In this document: positions 23,501 through 38,500 of the stretch, one piece after another | Layout of the letters: each line of letters opens with the position of its first letter | Position numbering within the stretch: position 1 is the first letter of the stretch | Source of the DNA: an uncultured Gammaproteobacteria bacterium | GTDB lineage: Bacteria > Patescibacteriota > Microgenomatia > UBA10105 > UBA927 | Assembly (NCBI GenBank): GCA_964430295.1 | Contig: CAYSEV010000001.1 | Location: forward strand, 5,699-69,698 | DNA: 64,000 bases | Reading direction: 5' to 3' | The notes under the pieces: generated by a model | The model's input: the letters and a program-made list of their open reading frames with translations, nothing else | The model's database searches: none | What the model was told of the DNA's origin: nothing | Made by a program: the position numbers and the translations under genes

Positions 23501-26500
23501 GACAAACCGACAGGCTTTTGGGCTACTGTTGGTGACTATTTCCTTTTCCCGACATTCTGGCAAAAGAATACGATGACAACAGGTCAGAGGTGGTTATCTT
23601 TTGCAGGCTGGGTTGTCTCTAGAGGATTCCTCCTATTAAATCCGACTACGCCATATTTTGGATATACTTTGATAGCTCAGGATATACTTCGTATGACAAA
23701 TGATTTCCTTGCTGCCAAGTGGGCATTCCAAGGGAAAGATCTGACTGTAGCACCCACCACAACAGGAGCCGGTGCACCACCACCAAAAGAAGAAGATCTG
23801 ACAGTGTCAGGTAAAAAGACAATTGGCAAACAGGATGTACAGACCAATAGTAAACTCCTTGCCATTGTGACGAATGCTGAGAACAAAGGATTGAAAGTTA
23901 TTGAGTACACAGTAAAGGCAAAAGACGCAGGCGTAAAAGATCAACGAATATGGGTGGTAGAGGGTGCAGGCGTAACCCCAATAACCAACGAATATATCAT
24001 AAAACTGGCAGCACAGCGAAATAGCATCACCGCCAAAGCCGGGTTCCCCGGACCAGGAAAATATGTTGATGCATTGTCACAAGAAGCTATTACTCAGGGG
24101 ACTGCAGAGTTATCTGCGGTTGGAGATAGGCAGATAGTGCAGGAAGAAGCAGCAATATCATCAATGAGTGATGGAAGCAAACTCGGTATTCACTATGCTG
24201 CAGATGTTGCACAATACACAGATGAAAATCTACATATACCAGATAATGAGTTACTTGATCTTAGTATTGTTGTTCATGCGAAAGACCAAACAGGTGTCTT
24301 GGCACTTCTTGGAAATGTGTACGGTGGTCAGTGGATGAGTAAAAATGACTATTTTGCAAAATGGGCAAAAGAAGAAGGAATCGTTACCCCATTACCAAAA
24401 AATATCGTTACGTATAAAGCATTTATAACATGGTATGAGACACAGGCAGTGTTTACCAGTGGCGCATATTCATCACAAAATGGCAAACTGTTTGTAAATG
24501 GTACTCCAACACAGCAGGTTATTGCACCGGATGGCAAACCGATCACAGATCTGTATAAATTCCGCCATCTTCAAGGTGATTTTTATATGATCAGTGCAGA
24601 GAATGCGCATGGAATCTTCAAGATTAATGGAACAAAAGCAGAGTTGATTGTGGCAGCGCACAACAATAATTTCCACGATGATGTGACACAAGCCGGATGG
24701 ATTACATTTGACAAAGAAGTAGATGTGAAACAGGCAAGTGTACTTCCATATGTAGATGGCAGTGCACTCTTTAACGCGCAAACAGGCAATCATGTTCAGA
24801 TCAGCTCTCTGAAGAATTTTGAACGAACAGGGGCATATATGCTCAAGAGCGAAACGATTGATCCGAGTGAACGATATGTTGTATTTATCCAGAGCAATAA
24901 TAAGGATGCAACCGCAAAAATCGGTATTATCGATCTACAGAATTTGGATGCAGGAATTGTGTATTCTGGTCAACTTACCGGCCATGTATCAGATATAGAA
25001 TTTATCGATGGAAACACCATTGCGGTGTCTGAATACGGAAAAGAAAAGGGAAGAATAGATCTATCTGCCACGTTGGGTGGCAATAAAACAATACTTCCTG
25101 GTGTTGTAAAACCAGTATCAGCACCGAATGTATACGATTCAGAAGGGCGAAATATTAAAGTGGGCGATACCATAGAGTACAAAGATAATAGCGGAGCGAA
25201 GAAGGCTGTGGTACAGGGCTTTACAAAAACTGGCCAAATCATCTTCATGGAGCTTAATAGCACAGATGGGAATAAAGCGAAGATTGCTCAGGGAGATATA
25301 GTAGCAAGAGGTGTGAAGGTTGTGTCTCCAGATTCCTCTTCTCCAAGACCTCAGCCAATTCCTGCTGTTGGAGTTAAACAAAAATTGACCACAAAAGGAA
25401 AGATTACTCCAGGAAAAGATACACTTCAGGTATATGCGGAGAATAAATCGACTAATAGTAATGTAGATACCTCAAAAGCCCGTGTCAGTTGGAATGTGCC
25501 TTCTACGCTTGCCAATATAACATATGGCTACGCAGTAACGAATAACCGTGGCGGAATATTTGTGAACGGAGAGCTTCAAACAGGAATAAATAACCCTATT
25601 CAAAAAAAGAGTGAATTCAAAAAAACAAGTCTAACATTCGGTACTGCAACTCCAAGTGACACACGGCCTGTTTTGGATGTCTATGCAGTATTTGAAGATG
25701 GGGATATGCGCTACTATGTACCGCTATCTGAACTGGAAAATGCTGAGCTTGCAGTGCCAATAGGACCGACGAAAACAGTAGATCAAATTATTCAAGAATT
25801 GGATGCAATTTTAGCTACAACCGTATCCGAAGAAAATTTGGAAATAATGCAACAAAGTGGAGAAGCGGCATCCGATCTTATATCCCAGCTTACAGAGAAT
25901 GGATTTTATTGGGTAGAAAGTCAAAGAGATATCGTGACTTTGAATGCAACGAGAGAAAAATTAATTAAACTTAAACCATACTTCCAAAAAACTAAAAGAC
26001 TGGAAGATTTTAATACTATGATCGCAGCTATTGATGGGCTTTTAGAACTTGCTAAAGCATCACCTCAGGAAGTGCGGAATGCTGAAGCCGTAGCGAAGCT
26101 TCAGGAGGAAATCAATGCCTCCTTTGATGAAATCATCAACAATGGCATCTCTTTGGATTCTATTAATGTATTCAGGATTATAATTGCCCAGACTATAAAA
26201 AATGCCAGAGCCCTTGAAGGATTAACAGAAACTGCATTGAATCATTACAGTAATAATCTGACTGTATTGGAGAAATTACGCGATGTGATCATGAAAATGG
26301 TACCTTCTCTATCCGTGATGAATGAAATTGCTGAGATTCAGGACCTCATAGATCAATTAGACCTTCTTATTGAAGCCGCCAAGAAGACTTCACATACACC
26401 TATTGGCACATCAGAAGCAGAGATTCTAGCAGCACTGCAGAATGTGCAAAAAACAGCGATATCAGAATTTAAGGCAAATAATATAGAAGATATGCAACGG

Positions 26501-29500
26501 GATTTGGCTGATCAACGGGTAGATGTAATGGAATTAGTTATTGCAAGCATCACAATGTATCCGACTGATACAGAATATCTAAAAGAAGTTGCGAAGATAT
26601 TTGATGCATTGAAGCCGGGATATGAACATACCTGGAGCGCTTGGACATATAATGATGTGTATAAAGCATTACATGAAGCGATAGATCATCCAAGTTCATC
26701 ACCAACTATACCGAGTGGATTTAAAATTGCGCAGTATCTGGGTCAACAGCAACAGCAATTATTAGCTCAGCTTGGATTGCTTGGTGATGTCAGTATTCTT
26801 CCCGTAGGTGGTAAAACAGTACAAAATGCGTTAGCTGCTGCAACAAACACAACAGAAGCATTTGTTCAGTTAGCAGAGAGAATATTTAATGAACACCAGG
26901 CAAATAGAACATTGTTAACTGCTTTATCTGAATCTATAGCTTCAGTTAACCCTGCATTTAATCTGGTCTGGCGATGGAATGCCCTGATTCGAATACAGGA
27001 GGAAATAGATAGGTTGTTAAAACAGCCTGTACAGCCAACTGGGGCAATTACATATGAAGTCTCTAAACAGCGTATGTCAGCACCACTTGAGAGTGCTTCT
27101 GACTTGAAAGCCGGCGATTATTTCCAAAGAAAAGTAAAGAGCGGTTGGGAATCATTCCAATTAAAGCAAAGCGCAGATGGATCGTACTATACGGTTGAAT
27201 TCAAACCTGATGGGACTATTAAGCGCATAAAGGCTGTCTCTGATCCAACATCATGGGGTTTTGTCAAAGAAAATTATCGACGGTTTGATCCTATACAAAT
27301 AATGACGACGGCAAAGAACATGTTAACTGATTTATATACATATGGTGAAGCATATGATGCGAATAACGCTGAAATAGTCAAAACAGTACTTGAAGAAATT
27401 AAAGAAATGCTTGGAGGAGAGGCTACTCTCGAACCGATGAAGACACAAATCGGCATATTGGAGGCAGTGATAGCCGGCGGACGCCCGACAAAAACGACGA
27501 CTCCGCCTATATTGATAGCTACGGTTGAAGAAGCAACGAAACAATTAAATGAACTCTTCTTAGATGGAGCATCGTATCTTCCTGCTAATGTTGGAAGAGT
27601 CAAAGCCTCTGTTGATTCTATTCGGACTGCGCTTGCAAATACACCAGTCTCACAAACTGTAACAGATCAGTTGTTGGCACTGGATACGGTTATTCAACGA
27701 AATCTGCCTGCGGAAGAAAAACCTGTAATTGATCCAAATTTGCACGCTCGACCACAGACAGAACAAGGTATAACTCAACCTGTTCTGGATCCGGCTAAGC
27801 AGCCACAGGAAGCCCAAATGGCAAAAACGCAGGTATTTACTACTCAAAATACGCAAATTGCAGTCAATGAAGGAAGTCAACAAGGTAATAAACTAATAAA
27901 CTCCTATGGGACACCAGAATTATTCCTCGCAGTAGATCAAAAGGATTTGAACTCATACAATCCATCTCAATACACAGGATTACGAGTCCAATTGAAGTGG
28001 GATACGCCAAAATTAGCAGGAAAATTGGCTAAATTTGGTCGCGCTACCGTTCTGGCAGAAGGTAAAGGACAAAACGGAGATTTTGCTAGCAGATATGCAA
28101 TCGGAAGGTTCTATGAATTATTCTATGGTCTTAATGGTCAAGTGTTTGCTGAGAATGTAACAGATGTACCATCCAGAATTCGTCAAATTATTTCCCAGAT
28201 AGATATCGAACTTGCATATATAAATAAACAACACAATACACAGGCAGAAACGACGTTGTCAGTGGCCTTAGAATTCAATGGAAAACTATTCACTGCCTGG
28301 GTTGGAAATTCTAGTATCTACGTAACACGCAATGGAAGCATACACCTGTTAAGTGCTCCAAATGATATGGTTTTGGGAAGTTCAGTGGAAGGGCGAGACA
28401 CAGAATTTATCCATACAAGCGATACATTAGCTGCGGATTTGAAAACAAAAGCCCAAAGGGCTAGAAACAACGGATATCCACTGGCAGCAATTGTTGAAGA
28501 CTGGGCAAATAGTGTAGATACCGCTGTGAACCTTCAACAAGGTGACCAGATTGCTCTTATGACGTATGGAGTAGATGATTTGAACGTAGCACAAAATGCT
28601 ACCGCAGTAGATCCAATTGCATCATTAATCAACGGATTAACAGGTCAAAAGCCTGCTGAAGCTGTCATTGATAGGGCTATTTCAGAAGCTGCTATTCGAA
28701 ACGTGCAAACGCCTCCAATGACAACAATCATATATACAGTAGGTACTTCGGAAAGTGTACAGCCAGTTGCCGTCAAGTCTCTTACAACACTCAGGCAAGA
28801 GCGGGATGCTGAAGTGGATCAAATAATTCAGAACATAGAAAAAGGAGAGGTTTCCCCAGATGCAGATGCCATAATTTCCGATTTGAAATCACGACTGTCT
28901 GAACGCATTGTTCTTCCTGTTGTACAGCAAAACAGAATACGAGCGGCAGCAGCACGTAAGAAGGCTTCCAATGAACGAGAACAGGCATGGAAAGCAGTAT
29001 TATCAACAGATTTGACGGCAGCTGTGACTGATCTGACACAGGCAGGAATTGAGGATTTCTGGGCAAATGCATATGAAGCACTGGGTACAGCAGGTCGGAT
29101 ATTCCCTGAGGTTGAAGTAGCGCCAGAGGAAAGCGCCCAAAAAACAGCACAACCGGTTACAGTCGTTGAGATACGGGATATTATCCAAAAAACATCGCTC
29201 AAAGAACTGCGCAGACAACGGGATGAAGTACTCATTCCGGCTGCAATCAAGTCACTTGCAAATGGGAAATATACCGCGGGTGTAGGCAACATCATCAAAT
29301 CAATTGAAGAAAAGCTAGGCGGCAAAGTAACGGTCACTCGGGCTCAACGTGCAAAACTAAATGGAGCAGCGGCTCGTGGTGAAGCGATCTGGGCATATGA
29401 GAATTTGCTTACACAAGCGTCTCACTGGAGAGGGGCTCCGACAATAGAGATTGCAAACGCAACTATCCAGCAAATCAGATCTGCCATAAAGCAACTCGAG

Positions 29501-32500
29501 GCCTTTATAGAGCAAATGAAAGCAAGTCCTGTCGAAGAGCAACCTGAAGTGTTAGGAAAAACCGTACCGGATATAACTGAAAAAGCAGCGGTGACATTAC
29601 CAAGTGTTCGTGAAGCCGTAAACGAAGCCATAGTTCAAACACTCATCAAGATAGGTGTTGCTTATATTGAATCAGGTGATCGATCCATTATAGAAACTGA
29701 GCTTAGAGGTCAGTTGCAAAAGCAAAAGGTAGATCTGACTCTTATAGCAAGGCCGGGACAAACAGCAGAAGCTGTGTTAGAAGAACTTGTTACCGCACTG
29801 GTAGAAGATTACGCTCCAGCTGTTAAAGAACATACAGCTGATCTTTCTGCAATAGAGCCTGCCAAAGCAATGAATAAGCTTGAAGTAGCCATTGATGAGG
29901 CTACAAACGCTATACTAGCTCGCGTTTCAGCGGAACAGCAAAAAACTCAAACACACACTATCGGTCCGGTAGAGATTGCCACCAATATCGGTCCGAAAAA
30001 GACGACAGGTTTGAGTGCAGATGCCTATGGAGTTCCAGAGCGATTTGTCAGTATAAAACCGGGATTTGCAACTATATCACAGGCACAAGAGGACGTTCAA
30101 ACAGTTTCACCTGAACGTATACAACAATATGGACGTGCCAATATAGTTACTCATGGTCTGGGACAAGCCGATTCCTACGCGAGCAGATATGTAGTCGGCA
30201 GATTCTATTCACTATTTTATGGAATAGGAGTAGCTGCTCTTCAACCTACGCTTGAGTCTACTGAGCGTGTCATGGCAATTCTTGCACAAATAGATGGTGA
30301 ATTGATTGAACAAAGCGCCAAACAGAATACCAAGCTCACAGCATCAGTGGCGGTAACGGTACAGAACGGGGGATTATTACAAAGTATTTGGGTGGGAAAT
30401 GTTCAATCTCATTTGGTGCGTGAAGGTCGGGTTATTCCACTCACATCCCCATCTTCATATGTACTTGGAGAAGGAAAAGCTCTGCAGCAGGGGGTCATTC
30501 AAACACACAATGATATGCCGACGTTAGCCCCTGAAACATTTGGTCCTGAGAGTGATATCGTGCTTGCAAATGGAGACAAGATAGTACTCTCTTCAGATGA
30601 AGTTATATCTCTATACGGTGGAGCTACTGCTGTTGTATCTGAAGGTCAGTATGCTGTGAGTGTCACAGATGCGAATCCTGCACAAACCACAGTAAATAGC
30701 GCCATTAAAACCGCATGGGAATCAAATAACAGTTCATACGATGCACTGACGACGGTTGTTGAGACAATCACAGTAAGTGGTAAGCGCGTGGCTACCAAAA
30801 AAGAAACCAAGCTTACAGAAGCCCGCAAACATGCTATTACATCCGGAGTAGCTCCATTAGCAGCATTCCAGGCAGAAACGCCAGAAGAATTAGCAGTATT
30901 AGAAACAAAGGCTTCACAAGCTCAAGTTCAAAGAGACGCCCAGCTGGAGGAAACATCGGATAAAGGAAAAGGGCGAAGATCCAGAGCAAAAGCCACTACG
31001 AAGAAACGCATGATTCAGGTACAAACACATGTGGGTGAAGTAGAGCTGCTATCAACTGAACCATTTAGTACGCAGGTTGTAGAAGTTGAAAAAGTGGTAA
31101 ACGATCTTGATCAGAGTATTGCCAGACTTGAATCATCGCCACTGTTAGATATCCCTCAGGAAGACCGTGCAGATGTCGCAACAACACTTATAGCGGCACA
31201 GAAGACTCGTGAAGATCTGACAGAACTGCATAAGAAGATACAGCGACTTATGGAGGCAAAAACGGCCATACAAAAACAATTTGGGCTTACATTGTTTGAG
31301 TGGCAAGAGCTGACGACAATTTCAAGCTTTGGGCAATTGCAGAAATTTGTTGCACAAGTTCAGCAGAGAATAGAGGAAGATGCCAGTATCAGAGAAGCTG
31401 CCGCAAACCGTGCAGCTAAGGAGGAAACACAGCAGGCACAAAAACAGGCGGACATCGATGCATTATCAAAAGAAGGGCAATTAACATTGGATAGTGAATT
31501 AAAGGCAAGACAACTGGAATCAAGAATCGCTATGTTAGAAGCCCTAGAATCTCTTAGAAGAGTGTATGAAATACAAGATTCACAGTACCTGCAGATGGAG
31601 AATGAACAGGCAGATGCCATCAACGCAGAAATAGATGCGGCATGGATTGCACACGAAGCCGAAGCAGCATTAGAGCAGTATTGGTCAGTCACGCTAGATA
31701 TACAGGAAGCATCCGCATTGCCGTCTGCGGAGAGAGTTCAAAAATACACAAATCTGCGTCCAAAGCTTGAAGAGGCAATTGATGTAATCCAATCCATGGA
31801 TCCACGAACATATCCTGAAGATGTGGCATACACACTTCGTGTCATAGCAACACGATCAGACGAACGATTAGCAGATATAGATGCAACGATTGCAGCGGAT
31901 ACACAGGCAAACGCACTCCGTGAAGCCCGCAGGGTTGCTATTGCTGCCGGACTGTTGACGGCAAAAGAAGCATTTGAAGCAAAAACTGTTGCAGAAGTTG
32001 AAACAAAGCAAAAAGCTGCACAAGAGCAAAGACAACAAAATCAGCAATTGGCACAGGAAAAAGCAACCGCAGAAGTCGCCACACGTAAAAAAGCGGCTAT
32101 TACGACAGCCGTAACCAAAATTCAAAAAGCCATCAATGTCCCACTTGTTGAACTTTCGACCCTCAATGTAGAAACAATTCTGACAGCACCGGAACTTGAG
32201 GCATTAGCCGCTATTTCAGCACAGGGAGATGAAACAGTAATAGCCGCTATCACTACACTATCTGAAACACAGGAGAGTGCGAGAACTGCAGTAGAGCAAG
32301 CAAAAGCAGCACTTGAAGTCATAGGACACGTCAATGAAGTCTTTACTCAACAATCCGCTACTTCTATAGATGGGCCTGATACAGGCGTGTTGAGTCTGGC
32401 AGATACAGTTGGACAGGTTATAGAAACCCGATTGCAGCAAACAGAAGATCTATCAAATCAAACGGACGCTATTGTTGAGGATTCATTGCCACCTGTTGCA

Positions 32501-35500
32501 AAAGAGCAGATTGCGGCAGCACGCAAAAAGGTTAAAGCCCGCAAAGATGCAATCACAAGAGTAAAAGGAAAAGTAACAGCTGTACGTGTCGCAGTAAAGA
32601 AAACAAATACACTTATTGCTCAAAAAACACAAACCGATAAAAAACCGGATGCCGAATATCTTTCAGAGCTCAGTGAACTTAATATCTTACTCGTGGAGGT
32701 TTCACAGGATATGAAGGTTGCGGGATTACTCAGTCCAGTCGTGACTCGAGCCGCTGCCTTGGTAAAAGATGAAATAGCGGTAGCAGGCCCCGAGGCACTT
32801 AGCACTATATCTGAATCATTGGAGAAAGCGCAAAAAGCCCTACAGCAGCAACAGGAAGCAATCGCAAAAGCAAAGGAAGCGCGCAAAGATGCAGGATTAC
32901 CTGAAGAGCAGAAATTTATAAAGGGAAATCCAAATGTTATCTCCGACTTGATCAAATCCATAGTTGATACAGCCAGATATTATTTGGGCTTTGATCGTAT
33001 AAAGCCAACGACAGTAGGAGTGCCCACAGGTCTTCCTGATGAAGAATCAAAACAAGTTGAACCTGAAGTAATCATCCCGCGTTGGAGGATACTCTGGTCA
33101 TCCACATTCCAACCAGCACGTGATCTTGAAAACAGAATAGCCCGTATGGAAGATTCATACGCAAAGATTATGACTGATATGGAATCAGAAGGATTTAATA
33201 ATCTCGATTTGTTAACGGTATCTGCTGTTGATGCTGTCCAAATGCGCACATCCATAGACGCGTATAGGACCCGATTACGAGCGTTGGTTGGTACGTTATC
33301 AACTGTACAGAATAGATACACTAGACAAAATGGTAGATACTCACAGTCCGATCGCGAGAGGCTCTCTGGATTCCTATCGGATTTGCAGACACGCATAGAT
33401 GTCTCAAATGAATCATTGGATTTGTTATATACAGGACTAGGGGAAATTGTACAAAGGCGAGACGTATTTATTGATGAATTGCCTCCTGTTGAACGCCCTG
33501 CGTTCTTACTTGTAGAACAAGTTGAAACAGCGCTTAGCGTTTTCCCATCAATCAATGATGGATGGTCAAATAAAAAAGAATTGGCAAAGACATTGGAAGA
33601 ATCATTGGCTGAACGCGAGCGAATGTATCTCGTAATGCGCAATGATTTCTTGTGGAATCCACCATATATTAGTGAACTGGGAGGAGTTAAAGAAGAAGCA
33701 TATCAAAAATATAAGAAACAATTCGATGCACTGTTTGAACAGTGGGATAATCTCAACAAAGCGTACGAAGAAATGCTCAAGGTTATGCCGGATGAAAGAG
33801 TTCTAGGACATGTTGCTGGTGGCAGATTTGTCCCGTCCGAGCAATCTCCGGAATTTGGCGGATCACGACTATCTATAGACTGGTCAGGTGATCACATTGT
33901 CATTGCGTATTCACTGATTGGTATTTCAGATCCGGCAAGCAACTGGACGCTCAACGGTCAACCAATTGCCCTTACACCGGATCATACGATTGATATAGCA
34001 GATGGTGACGTCCTTGCAGTTGCGCATGGCGAGTATTATGGGCAGACATTAGAAATTCATAAGAATGGCGAAATTACATTCGTATCAAAAACAGATCAAA
34101 CATTAGCACAAAGAGCAACCGCAACTTCTGTAAAAGCTGCTGGTGGTCTTATCGGCTGGTCGGTCGTTAGTATTGTCGAGTCAAGTGAGACACAAATGAA
34201 AGCAACTGATGAATTCAATGCATTGCATAAGAAGAATACTCAGTTGCCTCTTCTAAAAATGGAAAAGGTAGAAGGTCAGATAAAAAAGACTGAAAAAGCA
34301 CTAACAGAGCTCAATAGACACCTGTCACTATTGCAAAGTACTGTCATGGATAACGTTTCCGGCAGATCCGCCACACGCCGAAATGAAATTATCGCAGAGC
34401 TTACCCGAAGAAAAGAGATTCTGGAACAGGATCTTTTAGCACTGAAAGCAAAATATGCAGACCAAGGATTCTCGGTAAATATATCTATGCTCAATGAACC
34501 TATACGCATCGAAAGAGGACAGGAAGCGGAATCTCCAATTCCTGGTGTCGTCATTAATGAAGATAAAACTATTCAGTTAACATCATCAGATCAGGTTGAA
34601 AACTTTGTAAATGGTACTCCAAACGCATTTGGATTTATCATTCAGCCAGGCGTTGGTTTGCCGATATTAACCAGAAACAAGCTGACAGGACACCTTCAGG
34701 CTTATTTTGTGCTGAACGAAGATGGCGTGCTCATTGTTCATGAAATTCCGTTGGCACCATGGTATAGAGATACAAACAAAAATATAGATGCTCTTGAAAT
34801 TATTAATCACAGAATTGCAGACATAGAAATGTATGATTTGGAGAATATGTTCGGTACAAGAGCCGTTGGAATATATGCCGAAATCATAAATGGTACCTCT
34901 ATACTTCGTAAAATTCGCGGAGATGATGGCAAAACTCTCATTGCCATTACCGATGCTACTATCCCGACGGTTCGGAACACAATGAAAGAAGAAATAAAGA
35001 ATCAAATAGCAGCGTTCAAAGAACAATTAAAACGTACGCGAAGATCAGATGAGCAATATGATCTGATTCAGAAGAGAATTGATGAACTGCAGGCACTTGA
35101 TAAATCAGATATCCTGAAACCGGATGGGTGGGAAGATATCGCCTTTATCAGCGAAAAATACGAACGCAGTTTAGTACATCGTGTGGCTATAAAAGCGGAA
35201 AACTTCCGTTCAACATATAGAAAATTTCCGTTAGTTCGATGGCTCAATTTCGCTTCAGGTATACCATTCTACGCGTCTACAGTGACAATGGTTACAGGTG
35301 TTTTGGGAACAGTACTTGGTCCTGTAGGATTAGCCATAGGTCCTATTGTAGGTCCTATCTTGTGGGCATCACCGATTCCACTGAATCCATCTGATTTTTT
35401 CTGGTTCGGTGTTGATATATTCGTCAAAACGGTTACTGCGCCGTTTATCCTTCCAGATACGATTGTCGGCATGGCTGCACGAACTCATGGATTCTCTGAT

Positions 35501-38500
35501 TTACCACGATTGCTTGAATGGTTGATATTGCCACGATTCTTAGGTCAGGTTGGATATAGGGTGTCTCCTGAACAGTACACAATCTCATCGGATGTCAGAC
35601 GGGCAGGAAATAATACGGAAGTATGGTATGTGAAGAAAAATATCAAGAAACCGAAGAAGATAACTATGAATGTGTTTGGTAAAGAGGTCCTAATCCATGA
35701 TCCAAACTATGGTTTATATAATATCCAAAAATGGAGAATTCCTATACCATTTATAGATCATAGTTTCCATATACTGGGATCAGGGTATCAATCAAAGTTC
35801 AAGATATTCTTGGGCAAGAGTCAGGAATACATAAACCTCTATGTACGCGTTTGGGAAATGCAAAATAAATTGCGTCAAAAAGTACCGACAGAACGAACCA
35901 AGCTGTTAGGTGGTGTTGCATCAAACGGATACCTTGATGAGGTACAGCAAACCCTTGCACTCCTTGCTACGGAAACTGATCCAGGCCGGATTCGTACACT
36001 GGAGCAATACTCAAGAAAGCTTTTGACAAATATAGACGAGCTCATCATTGAACTCACAAAGCTTCGTGATGATACACAGTCGTTCATCATCCGCGAGCCA
36101 AGGCAGATGAAAGGCCTTGATACGGCAGGAATCTCTGCTACACTCCTGGCTCTTATGGACAATAAGGCACTATTAGTCAGCCAGTTATCTGTTGCGCAAC
36201 TGCGCATACAACATGATGTCATTGATGGGGCGATAAAAGGTGAGGTTAGAAACGCGGCTCCAAGTGTCAGAATCGCATTGGAACGAGCCATTCTCTTGCC
36301 TCAAAAACTGTTAAACAAATTATCACAAGTGTTTGTTAAAGCAGGTCCGCAGGGAGCGGCGTTGGAACCAACAAATTGTACGTCCTGTTACACAGCTCTG
36401 CGAGATATGAATGGGTATGTAACTCGTGCTATCGCAGATAAGTCAGGAAAGAGCAATGTATTATTTGACGATGCAAATGTCGTACTTCAGACAGAAATAG
36501 ATAAACTTACTCGTGAAAGCGGAAATGCGTTAGTCTTAGCTGATGCGGAACTTGCAAAGTCTATGCTTTCTGCCGTTGTCAGTGAGGATCCTAAGGCCGT
36601 ACGCGAATATCTGAATAATATCCATACCCAGAAATTAGCATTATCAAAAATTGCAGATAAAAAGAGATTGTCTAAAGAACAAAAAGCACGATTGGATGAT
36701 ATTATACGCCTACTTAATACACTTGGTGATCGTATAGAAGATCTCGTAGATGTCATAGATACACCGACCATAGGTGTGAAAGCAGATGCAGTGGAAAAAC
36801 ATCAGCAGATATTGGATATCGATGATGACTTTGTCGTAAAAGAGGTAAATCAGATTGTTACCCCGCGCAAGATAACAGTGGCAAGTTTTGTGCGTATGAT
36901 GTCATTCTTCCTTCCATTCCTGGTTGAACCGGCATATGACGATACATATGTTGCAGATGTGCTTTCACAGGTTCATGTTCCGGAATTACAAAAACTTCAC
37001 CCCGAAAGACAGTACCTTAGAGTCCGTACTAGGGATATAAAATACCTGGCAAACGGCACGGAAAACTTTGTCTATAAAGGAACATTCCGTTACCTGGAAA
37101 ATGGTGAGCTTAAGACAGAAGTGAAGATTGTAAAGATAAACCGTAAAGAAGATAGCAGGGAACTGTATGGGTGTTACCTTGCCTATGTTGCGTGTCTTCG
37201 CTCGTATGTATACATGTACTCATCGATAGGAAAGGTTATAGAAGAAAAGTATCCGGACCTGAAGTATTTTGTACCACATCACGATCTGTACCATATAGGC
37301 AACCTGCAAAACTCACTCATCGTCACAGAATTTGTTGAATATAAGAGCATGAGTAAGTATAAGTTTGAAAGTGAAGAAGAACGGGAGCGCTTAAGTAAAG
37401 AAATAAAAGCAGCAACACAAGGACTCATGGAGGATCTGGATAAACGATATGCATTCCAGTTTGATTTCGTGGGAACAGATAATTTAGTCATAGGCAAGGG
37501 AGCTGATGGACTATCTCATGTCATGTTGCTAGACCCTGGTATGTATGATTCACGGCGTGTTGTGTTAAACAAAATCCTAGGGCCGATATCTCGAAGTGCG
37601 ATGCGTGTAATCGATCGATTTAGAGCAAAACAATACATCAGAATCTTTGAACCTAGTGTTTGGAAGACAATGGGATTCAGATTGCAGGCCCTTCGGGTTG
37701 GCGGTTTTTCAAAGGAAGATGAACCGATTGCCCGTAAAGTATACGATGCAGGCTATCGTGGCGCCTCAATGGCTGTATTAACTGATCGAATTCAGAAGAT
37801 ACGTACGTATCTTCCATTGACTGAGAGTATCAGAACTGTGTTGGAAGGGTATAAAACGATCGGATCATACTTATTTGATCGGTATTATTTGCGAATAGAC
37901 AGTACCAATAAAGCAAAAGTATTTTTGCATGTGGCTGACTGGGTAAAAAATAAACTTCCTGATGCACAAATTTATCAGCTTTGGAATGCTGTTGCGGCTC
38001 TTCCTGATGATATGCGCACGTCGGCAGCCAACTATGTAACCATAGCAGTTCGAAGACATGTTCCAACCAGTCAGATATTGGGAACATTAAGGAATCTAAC
38101 CTCTCAGGGAACAGCACAGGCAGGTTGGAAGGGGATAGCCACAGACACGAGCCTTACAACAGTAAATGATCAGGCATATACACAATATCTTTATGCGGCA
38201 GCACTCCCACAACTTCGAACCTGGATTCAGGGAAATACTGATACAGCAGATATTCAATCTGAAATAACACAAATAGTAGGGAATATGGCAAATCTGAATC
38301 CTTCTACTCCAACCCGCGGATCTCCGTTTACGCAGGTACATATTGATGCTGCTATCCGAGCCTTGGTAGCTGATTTCTCCGAAATTCAACGAGATGCGCT
38401 CCAAAATCAGGTTACTCCTCAAACAACACAACCGTCACTGCAGCAGGATCTTATACGAATTATTCAGGAAGTTGTTAAAGATCCTAAAGAATTTATTCGT

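Noticed and set aside
33880-34090. Additional FHA domains (also ~50300 and ~52300)
   Set aside because: These are beta-rich segments with LNG/GD-like turns but lack the G-R and S-x-x-H residues, so they cannot be supported by eye.
36310-36388. Twelfth linker at LSQVFVKAGPQGAALEPTNCTSC
   Set aside because: There is no upstream Cys and the VxA register differs, so it was not counted. It may be a degenerate copy.
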